From contig NC_006138.1 in the NCBI RefSeq assembly GCF_000025945.1, forward strand, positions 60,001 through 92,000: a stretch of DNA of 32,000 bases, given 5' to 3'. Origin of the DNA: Desulfotalea psychrophila LSv54. GTDB lineage: Bacteria > Desulfobacterota > Desulfobulbia > Desulfobulbales > Desulfocapsaceae. The position numbers and the translations under genes are program-made. The notes under the pieces are model-generated. The model was given only the letters and a program-made list of their open reading frames with translations, was not told where the DNA came from and did not search any database. Positions 16,724 to 25,529 of the stretch are shown in pieces (within the stretch, counting starts at the first letter, position 1; every line of letters begins with the position of its first letter).

Positions 16724-17662
16724 TTAAACAGTCCTCACAAGCCGGGCAAAAGCACCGGGAATGGTACCAGAAGACCAAAAGGCCCGCCCCTGCTTATAGT
16801 CAACAAACCAATATCCACCTGGCTTACGCTGAGCGGCAACAAAGATAAAAGGCTGCTGCTTGGAAAAGCAGAGGGGCAGAAAGAGATCCTTACCATTTTT
16901 GCCAGGCTCCATAAGTGACATAGCCTCCTCCATGCTTGGGAGCCGCCAATCATGAAAACCGGCAAGACCTCGCTCATTAAGCTCAGCAATGCCACGCTGT
17001 ATGGTTCTGATAGAGGCAATATCCAGACCTCCACGCTGCCACATCAGCCCTGTAGCACTGTCAACCACCGCATCATCGCCGAAAGCCGACAACCTGCTAG
17101 CGAAGCCTCCAGAATGGTTAATATTGCTATCATAAAAATTCCATTTTTTGATAATTCCTTCGATCTCATCATCCTTAATAATAGCCGATTCACGAGGGAG
17201 TTCCGTTATAGCCTCTGAACTGGCCAAACCCGTAAATTCAGGGAGTGACTCACCCATATCCTCGCCCTCACCCTCCTCATCAACCAGGGGAATAAGAAGA
17301 TCTTCCCTGCCACCATCAAGAACATTTTTAAGCAGCCAATCTTTAATCTCTTCGTTAATAGGGTAGCTTTGCTCAAAGCGAGAGGCAACTCCCTGACTGG
17401 CAACACAGTGCTCCAACATGACAAGAGGGGCAAGTACCTCCGCTATGACCTTGGCGTGTTTCACCGCCCGTTCCATCAGACAAAGTTTGGGTTTATCACC
17501 CCAATTATCAACAAAAAAATAGTAGACACACTCAGCATTATTGCGCACACGCTCACGACCGCCCCAAGATTCATAGGTGCCAAAGCAGAGATCCGGACTC
17601 ATTTCCCAATCAATTGGACTAATAATTTTTTCGCCAACCTTCACCTTATTAAACAAACTCAT
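16724..17662 (-). CDS. hypothetical protein with C-terminal DUF1566 (Lcl C-terminal-like) domain
   Basis: 312 aa. The C-terminal roughly 110 aa (TGLMWQRGG...AGFHDWRLPSMEEAMSL...) fit the DUF1566 pattern. The N-terminal roughly 190 aa are unrecognised and there is no signal peptide. GAGGAG lies upstream of the ATG. Confidence 0.7.
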   Translation of the reverse strand: MSLFNKVKVGEKIISPIDWEMSPDLCFGTYESWGGRERVRNNAECVYYFFVDNWGDKPKLCLMERAVKHAKVIAEVLAPLVMLEHCVASQGVASRFEQSYPINEEIKDWLLKNVLDGGREDLLIPLVDEEGEGEDMGESLPEFTGLASSEAITELPRESAIIKDDEIEGIIKKWNFYDSNINHSGGFASRLSAFGDDAVVDSATGLMWQRGGLDIASIRTIQRGIAELNERGLAGFHDWRLPSMEEAMSLMEPGKNGKDLFLPLCFSKQQPFIFVAAQRKPGGYWFVDYKQGRAFWSSGTIPGAFARLVRTV

Positions 17663-17766
17663 GATAGCCTCTCCTCGCCTAAAAGCAGCAATATTGAATA
17701 GGATTTCAAAATGAACAGCATCTGTTTGGTAATGATTACCAATACTACCAACATAAATTATATCAA

Positions 17767-17790
17767 CTCACTTGTCCAGAAACAAGTGAG
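17767..17790. other. perfect 8-bp inverted repeat in the divergent promoter region
   Basis: CTCACTTG-TCCAGAAA-CAAGTGAG lies between the DUF1566 gene and the GDSL gene. It could be an operator or a hairpin. Confidence 0.3.
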
Positions 17791-17946
17791 AATAGTTCCC
17801 AACTAAATCGCCAGAGCCAGGCATCATATTTTATCCATCCCTTGCATATTGGCTTTTGGACGAGAAAATTGTAGAGTGGTGCAGACGAGAATATGGGCAG
17901 AAAAAAGAAAGCCCTTCAGTAGTACCCATCAACTATTTAGGTTATT

Positions 17947-18471
17947 ATGGCTCAATTGCTATTTATCGGTGATTCTCTCATAGAGGGCGGTGCCCCCTGG
18001 TCAGATCGTATTCCACAGCACAAAATAGAAAGTCTCGGTATTCCTGGAGCACGGACAGATGAGCTTCTAGCCAGACTGCCCCTGCTCACCACTGCTACTC
18101 CACCTGACCTGACCCTTATCTCTATCGGCACCAATAATATCTACCAGCAAGATCTCTCTTTTCACCAGTCCCTGCAGGAGATTATCCTTTTCTGCCGAAA
18201 GAATTTTCCCTCTAGCAAAATTTTGCTGGAAAATATTTTTCCCATGCACCTTTCCCATATTACTGCAGAACAAATAGAGGCTGTCAACAGGGATATTGCC
18301 CTACTTGCCAGACAAACGGGCAGTTGCCTCCTTGATATGCATGCTGTATTTACAGCAGCAAAGTCAGAAAACATTTTTCAACAGGACAATATCCATCTCA
18401 CCGAAAGAGGTTATGCCGTCTGGACCAGGAAGATCCAAGAGCATGTCGCCTTTCTTATCGAGGCTGAATAA
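17947..18471 (+). CDS. SGNH/GDSL hydrolase family protein
   Basis: It has the GDSL block (LFIGDSLIEGG), a GTNN block and a DNIH (DxxH) block. Confidence 0.8.
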   Translation: MAQLLFIGDSLIEGGAPWSDRIPQHKIESLGIPGARTDELLARLPLLTTATPPDLTLISIGTNNIYQQDLSFHQSLQEIILFCRKNFPSSKILLENIFPMHLSHITAEQIEAVNRDIALLARQTGSCLLDMHAVFTAAKSENIFQQDNIHLTERGYAVWTRKIQEHVAFLIEAE

Positions 18472-18565
18472 GAGGTGGTTTGAAAAGTCAGCACAAACAT
18501 TGTTTATATCAAGGTCTATACTTACCTTCGTAGATATTTTTCATCTAAGGTTGATATTTGAATAA

Positions 18566-18588
18566 AGTGGTCTCCAACCAAGACCACT
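18566..18588 (+). other. intercistronic hairpin
   Basis: AGTGGTCT-CCAACCA-AGACCACT has a perfect 8-bp stem. It lies between the GDSL gene and the next ORF, and no U-tract follows. Confidence 0.3.
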
Positions 18589-18608
18589 CACATTACAGGA
18601 GTAGCATC

Positions 18609-19382
18609 ATGCAGACAGGACAACAAGAAAGAGCAGTAAAGACACTTCTTACCACCTCCCTCCTATTTTTTTCCCTTATCATCTCAACTACAGGTTTTGC
18701 CGGAGCAATACATAATGGCATAATTAAAGAGACTATGAACTCAGGTGGCTACACCTATATGCTCATGGACGAGGGCAACAAGGATATCTGGGTAGCAATC
18801 CCAGAGAGCAAGGTAACAGAGGGCAGCAAGGTAAACTATATCAAGGGAATGGTGATGTCCAACTTCACCAGCAAGACCCTTAACAAGACCTTTGCCACCA
18901 TCATCTTCTCACCAGGACTGACCACAGAAGAGGCCACAACTGCGGAGAGTGGCGATCTTTTTGCCGGCGCCATTAAGGCAGAAAAGGCCCAGAAAAAGAT
19001 GGAAACGGACGAATCACCGGGTAGCGAGGGGGCCGTCAGTAGCTATCAGGAGGTAAAGATAGAGAAGGCTCAGGGCGACAATGCCTATACCGTTGCGGAG
19101 CTCTTTGCCAAACGGCAGGAACTTGTCGGCAAGACAGTTCGGGTGCAGGGCAAGATCACCAAGATCAATATGAGTATTCTGGGGAAAAATTGGATCCACA
19201 TTCAGGATGGTAGTGGCAATCCCATGGAAAACACCCATGATCTGGTGCTAACAACAGCCAAGACCCTGCAGGAGGGTGATACCCTTGTTCTTGAAGGAAA
19301 GGTCACCATTGACCGTGATTTTGGTTATTCATATAAGTATAACCTTCTGATCGAAGAGGCAGTTCCCGTAGAAAATCAGTAG
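18609..19382 (+). CDS. secreted hypothetical protein (possible OB-fold-like C-terminal half)
   Basis: ATG at 18609 with AGGAG 7 nt upstream. A signal/TM segment is present (LLTTSLLFFSLIISTTGFAGA). The GGYTYMLMDEGNKDIWVAIP block and the C-terminal VGKTVRVQGKITKINMS...LVLEGKV look like beta-barrel/OB fold. The TTG at 18558 was rejected as the start. Confidence 0.6.
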   Translation: MQTGQQERAVKTLLTTSLLFFSLIISTTGFAGAIHNGIIKETMNSGGYTYMLMDEGNKDIWVAIPESKVTEGSKVNYIKGMVMSNFTSKTLNKTFATIIFSPGLTTEEATTAESGDLFAGAIKAEKAQKKMETDESPGSEGAVSSYQEVKIEKAQGDNAYTVAELFAKRQELVGKTVRVQGKITKINMSILGKNWIHIQDGSGNPMENTHDLVLTTAKTLQEGDTLVLEGKVTIDRDFGYSYKYNLLIEEAVPVENQ

Positions 19383-19394
19383 GACAAAAAACAG

Positions 19395-20317
19395 ATGAAA
19401 ATTGTTATTATCGGCCCGGGTTCCATGGGCCTACTCATCGCCTCAAAACTTGCCTTGGCAGGTAATGAGCCGCTCCTGCTTGATTATCGGCAGGAGCGGG
19501 CAGAGAGGCTGAACCAAACGGGAATCATCTACCAAAACCGGCAGGATAAACAGATCTGCCGACCGAAATTTATCTCCCAGCCCAGGAACCTCACCAACAT
19601 TGATGCCCTTATCTTTTGTGTCAAGTCCTACTCACTGAGCCAATCCCTTCAGTTTTGCCAACCTCTTTTAGAGCGGTGCTCCCTGGCCCTCTTTATGCAA
19701 AATGGCATCAGTCATCTCCAACCACGCCGGCCCGATCATGTAAGCGCCGCCTTTGCCAGCACCACCGAAGGCGCTTACCTGGTAGAGCCGGGCCATATCT
19801 ATCATGCCGGTCAGGGAATAACTAAAATCGGCTTTCTTGCCAATGCCCCCGAGAAGAGCCAACGTCTTCTTAAAGAGCTTATTACGGAACTGAACAGTTC
19901 AGGTCTAAAAAGCGAAGAGAGCAAGACGATAGAGGAGGTTGTCTGGTCTAAGCTCCTGGTCAATATTGGCATTAACGGCCTGACAGCCATCTACAACTGC
20001 ACCAATGGCGAGCTACTCAAACGACCCGAGGCGCAGGCACGAATGAAAAGGGCCGTGACCGAGGCAGAAGAGGTGGCCCGGGCAATTGGTATAAAACTGC
20101 CGCCAGACCCCCTTGAGCAGGTACGGGCCGTCTGCCGGGCAACAGAAAACAATATATCATCAATGCTCCAGGATATCAGGGCGGGACGAAGTACTGAGAT
20201 CAGGGCTATCAATGTGGCTCTGTTAGAAATTGCCACGCAGCATGGTATTGCCTGTCCTGAAAATGCCCTTATAGTATCTGAGGTGCTCCGAAAAGAAGCT
20301 TTAAGACTGGAGCTATA

Positions 20318-20318
<1 letters not shown>
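19395..20318 (+). CDS. panE: 2-dehydropantoate 2-reductase
   Basis: It has the N-terminal Rossmann motif MKIVIIGPGSMG and a ketopantoate reductase C-terminal domain (SSMLQDIRAGRSTEI). Confidence 0.85.
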
Positions 20319-20487
<169 letters not shown>

Positions 20488-20540
20488 AAATTAAACTGCC
20501 TAAAAACAGAGATGAAATTTTAATTTTAAAGACTTTTAAT

Positions 20541-20750
20541 ATTATTTCTCTGTGTACTTGGTTGCCAGCGGCTAACTGTTTTCGCTTTTCTCGTTCTACC
20601 TCTCGCCTTTCGCTACTTCGCTGCTATCTTTTAGGCAGTGGCAGTTTACCAAAAAGATCTCTGTGTGCTTGGTTGCAGTGGTTAACTTTTTTTTGCTTTT
20701 TGTTTTTCGCTTTTCGCTTTTCGCCACTTCGCTACGCCCCGCTGCTACTG
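20541..20750 (-). repeat. two tandem degenerate [A-D-C] module sets in inverted orientation
   Basis: CTCTGTGTACTTGGTTGCCAGCGGCTAAC (20548-20576) and CTCTGTGTGCTTGGTTGCAGTGGTTAAC (20659-20686) lie 111 nt apart. Each is followed by a TTCGCTTTTC-type D remnant and a CGCC(T/A)(T/C)TTCGCT..GCTGCTA C remnant (20606-20627 and 20722-20750). Confidence 0.75.
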
Positions 20751-20827
20751 ACAACTGAAATCTATAACAAGACTAACGTAAAACAGAAAAATCACTACAA
20801 AAGTAGAAAATATAAAGAGAGAAAAAC

Positions 20828-21397
20828 ATGCAAATTCCAGCAGGAGAGATAGGATTTGATTTTGATGGGGTAATAGCCAACACCGCCTCATACTTTATCA
20901 ACTTGGCCAAAGAAAAACACAACATCCACATTAACCTTGAAGATATCACCAATTTTGACGTGGAAGAATGCCTCAACATGAGCAAGGAGATGGCCGACGA
21001 CATTTTCATGGAGATCATGCAGGACTCAATGAGCACAAGACTGCAGCCACTGGCAGGTGCCATCCAGACCCTGAGCAAAATTGCCCAAAAGCACTCCGCA
21101 ACCATTATCACCGCCCGCCCCATCCAGAGGCCCGTAGAGATCTGGTTGGAGAGACATTTTTCTGCAGAGATACTGCCTAAAATCAATCTGGTGGCCATGG
21201 GAGATCACGACGGCAAAGTTCGCTACGCACGGGAGCGGGGCATAAAATACTTTGTTGACGACAGGGCCGATACCTGTCTCCAGTTCGCCCGTGAAAACTT
21301 CACCCCCCTGGTATTTGAGCAACCGTGGAATAGGGGACGACATAGTCTCACCACCGTTTCCAATTGGCAGGAGATTCAAGACCTTGTCGAAATATAG
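20828..21397 (+). CDS. HAD-superfamily hydrolase, 5'(3')-deoxyribonucleotidase (NT5C)-like
   Basis: It has the DFDGVI motif I (DxDxV), ITARP, and the C-terminal YFVDDR...VFEQPWNRG typical of NT5C-like nucleotidases. Confidence 0.6.
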   Translation: MQIPAGEIGFDFDGVIANTASYFINLAKEKHNIHINLEDITNFDVEECLNMSKEMADDIFMEIMQDSMSTRLQPLAGAIQTLSKIAQKHSATIITARPIQRPVEIWLERHFSAEILPKINLVAMGDHDGKVRYARERGIKYFVDDRADTCLQFARENFTPLVFEQPWNRGRHSLTTVSNWQEIQDLVEI

Positions 21398-21415
21398 AAC
21401 GAAGAGAGAACGCAT

Positions 21416-21856
21416 ATGAAATGCCCACACTGCCAAGGACCAATCACTATCTACAGAAATCCAATCCCCACCGTTGATATCATTATCGAAATAGAGGAAA
21501 AGGTGGTGCTGATAGAGAGAAAAAACACTCCTCATGGTTGGGCCATTCCGGGCGGCTTTGTCGACTACGGTGAATCCTTTGAGACAGCGGCATTGCGCGA
21601 GGCAGAGGAGGAGACAGGGATAAAGCTAAAGGAGATAGAGCAGTTTAGAACCTATTCAGCCCCGGACAGAGACCCACGCCAGCACACCGCCTCAACCGTT
21701 TTCTTTGCCAGAGGAGATGGACAACAGCCCCGAGGTGGAGACGATGCCCTCCGGGCAGAACTCTTTTCCTGGGATGACCTGCCTGCAGGAATTGTCTTTG
21801 ATCACAAAAAAATACTCGCCGAATTCAGAGCATTTTCTCAGAATTTGAGGACATAA
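21416..21856 (+). CDS. NUDIX hydrolase with N-terminal zinc-ribbon-like CxxC
   Basis: It has a perfect Nudix box, GFVDYGESFETAALREAEEETGI (Gx5Ex7REUxEExGU), and CPHCQG at the N-terminus. Confidence 0.85.
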   Translation: MKCPHCQGPITIYRNPIPTVDIIIEIEEKVVLIERKNTPHGWAIPGGFVDYGESFETAALREAEEETGIKLKEIEQFRTYSAPDRDPRQHTASTVFFARGDGQQPRGGDDALRAELFSWDDLPAGIVFDHKKILAEFRAFSQNLRT

Positions 21857-21860
21857 AAAA

Positions 21861-21890
21861 AGGGCTGAGAAGAAAATTCCTCTCAGCCCT
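21861..21890 (-). terminator. intrinsic terminator of typA (the hairpin also closes the NUDIX gene)
   Basis: A perfect 10-bp stem forms between AGGGCTGAGA (21861-21870) and TCTCAGCCCT (21881-21890). The A7 tract at 21855-21861 gives a T-run on the minus strand. The hairpin starts 5 nt after the NUDIX stop on the plus strand. Confidence 0.7.
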
Positions 21891-21892
21891 TA

Positions 21893-22062
21893 ACTAGTGC
21901 TCTGTAAAACTTTATCCACCGTATATTGTTTGCCCTTTTCTCGCGCTGACTTCGTTTCTCATTCGGTCACATAGCGCTGCTATGCTCCTTCATTCGTGCC
22001 TTGTAGCGCACCAAAATGGCTAAACAATATTGACGATATCTAAATCTCTACAAAGCACTAGT
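21893..22062. repeat. roughly 170-bp element bounded by imperfect inverted repeats (MITE-like or structured typA 3'UTR)
   Basis: ACTAGTGCTCTGTA (21893-21906) matches the reverse complement of 22049-22062 (ACTAGTGCTTTGTA) at 13/14. The arms extend to about 42 nt (..CGTATATTGTTTGCC versus ..CGTCAATATTGTTTAGCC). There is an internal direct repeat TCATTCG-N-TAGCGC (21959-21978 and 21990-22010). Confidence 0.5.
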
Positions 22063-22078
22063 ACGGAGTCAGCGAATA

Positions 22079-23881
22079 CTAACTACGAATTCGTACGCCT
22101 GGCTTCTTACGCAGACGAATGGACTGAGGAGTTACCTCAACGAGCTCATCATCGTTGATATAGGCAATACAATCTTCCAAGGTCATTGCCTTTGCTGGAA
22201 CAAGAATAACGGCTTCATCGGAACCAGAGGCACGCATATTGGTAAGTTTCTTGCCCTTAGCTGGGTTAACAACCAAATCAGCTGCACGAGCATGCTCACC
22301 AACAATCTGTCCCGCATAAAGGGGATCGCCCGGCTTAACAATAAGGTAACCACGATCCTGAAGGTTGAAGAGTGCGAAGGCTACGGCTACACAGGTCTCT
22401 TTTGCAATCAGAACGCCGTTCACACGGTTAATAATATCACCAGCATATGGACCGTACTCGGAGAAGACATAAGCCATCATGCCCATTCCCTTGGTATCGG
22501 TCATAAATTGTGATTTATAACCCAAAAGACCACGGGTTGGAATCTTGTAAATCAAACGAACCATGCCATTTGCAAGGGTCATCTCTTCCATCTGACCTTT
22601 CAATTTACCAAGCTTCTCAATAACCGGTCCCTGATAGAGTTCATCAACGTCAACGGTAAGGGTTTCGTATGGCTCAAGTACCTGACCATTATCATCTTCG
22701 CGCATGATAACTTGAGGACGGGTTACCTGAAACTCAAATCCTTCACGACGCATATTCTCAATAAGAATGGAAAGATGCAATTCACCACGACCAGATACCT
22801 TAAAACCTACAGCATCGGTGAGAGGCTCATAGCGAAGGGCAACATCGGAGAGAATCTCTTTTTCAAGACGATCACCAATATGACGTGAGGTAACATACTT
22901 TCCTTCACGACCAGCAAAAGGTGAATCGTTTGGAATGAAATGCATGGAGATGGTAGGTGGATCGATCTCAATGAGTGGCAGAGGGGTTGGATTCGCAAGG
23001 TCGGTAAATGTTACACCAACGTTTACATCATCCATACCGGCAACAGCAACAATTTCACCAACGCTGGCACTCTCTATTGACACCTTGCCATCACACTCAA
23101 AACGGTAAATTTTGGTGATACGAACAGGGGTGAGAGATCCATCACGACGGGCCACAGCAATGGGTTGATTGATGGTCATGGTGCCATTCACAACTTTACC
23201 AATGCCAAGACGACCAAGGTATGGAGAATAATCAATGGTACCAACCTGCATCTGCAGAGGAGCATCAACAGAACCCACTGGTGCTGGAGTCTGTTCGATG
23301 ATCATCCTGGAGATACACTCCATACTACCACCATCAACGATCTCATCATCAGGATTAAGAAGGGCATAGCCCTCTTTCGCCGAGGCGTAGACAATAGGAA
23401 AGTCAAGGATATGATCAGGGGCATTCAACTTAACAAAGAGGTCGAAAACCTGATCTACAACCCAGTCACAACGAGCTGCTGGCTTGTCAATTTTGTTAAT
23501 TACCACGATTACAGGAAGATGGTTCTCAAGGGCCTTCTTAAGAACAAAGTAGGTCTGTGGCATTGGTCCTTCCTGAGCATCAACGAGGAGCAGGGCTCCA
23601 TCCGCCATACGCAAAACACGCTCTACCTGGCCACCGAAATCGGCATGGCCTGGGGTATCAATGATGTTAATCATATGATCGTCGTAATGGTATGAACCGT
23701 TTTTAGCGGTAATGGTAATTCCGCGCTCTTTTTCAATATCGCCGGAGTCCATAAGACGCTCGGACACTGCCTGGTTATCTCTGAACATACCAGACTGTTT
23801 AAAAAGCTCATCAACCAAGGTTGTTTTTCCATGATCAACGTGGGCGATAATAGCAACGTTACGAATTTTACTTTGTTCCAT
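22079..23881 (-). CDS. typA: translational GTPase TypA/BipA
   Basis: 600 aa with IRNVAIIAHVDHGKTTLVD, DTPGHADFGG and NKIDK G-motifs. Colinearity across the full length is typical of BipA. Confidence 0.95.
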   Translation of the reverse strand: MEQSKIRNVAIIAHVDHGKTTLVDELFKQSGMFRDNQAVSERLMDSGDIEKERGITITAKNGSYHYDDHMINIIDTPGHADFGGQVERVLRMADGALLLVDAQEGPMPQTYFVLKKALENHLPVIVVINKIDKPAARCDWVVDQVFDLFVKLNAPDHILDFPIVYASAKEGYALLNPDDEIVDGGSMECISRMIIEQTPAPVGSVDAPLQMQVGTIDYSPYLGRLGIGKVVNGTMTINQPIAVARRDGSLTPVRITKIYRFECDGKVSIESASVGEIVAVAGMDDVNVGVTFTDLANPTPLPLIEIDPPTISMHFIPNDSPFAGREGKYVTSRHIGDRLEKEILSDVALRYEPLTDAVGFKVSGRGELHLSILIENMRREGFEFQVTRPQVIMREDDNGQVLEPYETLTVDVDELYQGPVIEKLGKLKGQMEEMTLANGMVRLIYKIPTRGLLGYKSQFMTDTKGMGMMAYVFSEYGPYAGDIINRVNGVLIAKETCVAVAFALFNLQDRGYLIVKPGDPLYAGQIVGEHARAADLVVNPAKGKKLTNMRASGSDEAVILVPAKAMTLEDCIAYINDDELVEVTPQSIRLRKKPGVRIRS

Positions 23882-23957
23882 CCTGGTTGTCCTATAGCCA
23901 AAAAAGGCGGGGTTGGGTAATCTTAGTCAGAAGTACATCCCCAGCCTTTGGGGGTGC

Positions 23958-23990
23958 AAAAAAAAAAAGGCTTCGCAATCATGCGTCGCC
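23958..23990 (-). terminator. hairpin plus T11 in the typA upstream/leader region
   Basis: On the minus strand, GGCGACGCA-TGAT-TGCGAAGCC forms 7 bp with a 2x2 internal loop and is followed by 11 T (A11 at 23958-23968 on the plus strand). It lies between the predicted typA promoter and the typA ATG. Confidence 0.35.
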
Positions 23991-24005
23991 TTAGAGTAAC
24001 ATTAC

Positions 24006-24033
24006 ATTATACACAAAGTATCAAACTTGGCAA
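24006..24033 (-). promoter_or_regulatory. candidate sigma70-type promoter of typA
   Basis: On the minus strand: TTGCCA (24033-24028), a 16-nt spacer, then a perfect TATAAT (24011-24006). Confidence 0.45.
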
Positions 24034-24145
24034 GTATAAAAATCCACACCAACACCACCTATTACCGAAGAAAATGTTTGTCTGTCATCTTTATTTGGAC
24101 TTATGCATGCATCTTTACCGGAGAGACTCGACCCTGTCAGAACCA

Positions 24146-24307
24146 TCACCCCATTCCTCTGCCAGAGCCGCCACCCCGCCCAGAACGGCCTTTTCCCCCA
24201 GCACGATCACCATTTTTCCGCTTCGATCCACCCTTAGGTCCAGAGCGAATAACCAATAAAATAAGAACTAAACCAACAAGTAAACCTAATAATGCACCTA
24301 AGGTCAT
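24146..24307 (-). CDS. possible small membrane protein with Gly/Arg-rich tail
   Basis: MTLGALLGLLVGLVLILLVIRSGPKGGSKRKNGDRAGGKGRSGRGGGSGRGMG has one clear TM helix followed by a basic tail. There is an alternative ATG at 24319. The RBS is weak and I recognise no family. Confidence 0.3.
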   Translation of the reverse strand: MTLGALLGLLVGLVLILLVIRSGPKGGSKRKNGDRAGGKGRSGRGGGSGRGMG

Positions 24308-24569
24308 CACGTCCCCCATTCTAAAATTGCCACAAGGCCAGGAAAAGAAACAGGCTGCCATAGCCAAAGCTATATAACTACATTCATCACAAAGCTACTA
24401 TGATAAGTAATAATGGCGACAGGGCCTCCCTGTCAAGAAAACTTCGAAGCAAAGGAAGTACAGCTGCCGCCAAGAGAGGAGTAGCCTCACAACTATTTGC
24501 ACTTCTAACAAAGCTTTTGTACTATTAGATTTTAAAATAATTGATCTCTTCTACCTTAAAGGAACCACC

Positions 24570-25172
24570 ATGCTGAAATACATCGCCCTGCTGACAATCA
24601 GCCTCTGCTCTTTTTGCCAAGCAGCCTACGCCCAACCAGGCACCCCACCCATTATCGTTGACCTCCCCGAGGCGGTAATAGAAAAGGCTCTCCAGGAAAT
24701 TATCCCACTGTCCATCCCTACCAATTCCGACAGCATCTCTGGTACCATCGAAATTGCCCAGATAAGCGAACTCAAGCTCAGCAACAAGATACTCTCCTGC
24801 AAAACCAAACTGAAGGGTCACAATATCCAACTGGGAACCAAACTTGGCAGCCAGGTCATCCACCTTAATGTTGGTGAGGTAGAGACTAATTTTTCCACCG
24901 AGGCAACTCTCCGCTTTGACCCCGCAGGCAAACAAATATTCATCAAACCCGTTCTCAAAAATGGCTCCTCAGATGGTGATGCCCTCAGTAACGCCCTGCT
25001 CCTACTCTTAAGCGGCAAGGAGTTCCCCCTAAAACTTGAGAAGATAAAGCCCATCACCGCCCAGATAGATCAACAGAAACTATTTATCGACATGGCGCTC
25101 TCAGACATCATCATCAAAGAGGGTCTCCTGCGAGTACTTTTGCACCCTAAAGTATATAAGGAAAAGCTGTAG
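24570..25172 (+). CDS. secreted hypothetical protein
   Basis: 200 aa with a signal peptide (MLKYIALLTISLCSFCQAAYA). AAAGGA lies 6 nt upstream. I recognise no family. Confidence 0.6.
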   Translation: MLKYIALLTISLCSFCQAAYAQPGTPPIIVDLPEAVIEKALQEIIPLSIPTNSDSISGTIEIAQISELKLSNKILSCKTKLKGHNIQLGTKLGSQVIHLNVGEVETNFSTEATLRFDPAGKQIFIKPVLKNGSSDGDALSNALLLLLSGKEFPLKLEKIKPITAQIDQQKLFIDMALSDIIIKEGLLRVLLHPKVYKEKL

Positions 25173-25219
25173 GAGAACAACAGCTGGCAGTTATCAAATA
25201 GATGAGGACAAAAAAACAA

Positions 25220-25500
<281 letters not shown>

Positions 25501-25529
25501 ACTAAAACTAACAGCAAACGAGGGACATA

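Noticed and set aside
16411-16848. ORFs 16411-16605 (minus) and 16588-16848 (plus)
   Set aside because: Both are translated through mosaic repeat modules, and the second runs antisense into the DUF1566 gene. Neither has an RBS.
20562-20852. 96-aa ORF upstream of the NT5C-like gene
   Set aside because: It is composed of inverted A/D/C repeat remnants (FRFS, LLRC type low complexity) and overlaps the start of the better-supported 20828 CDS.
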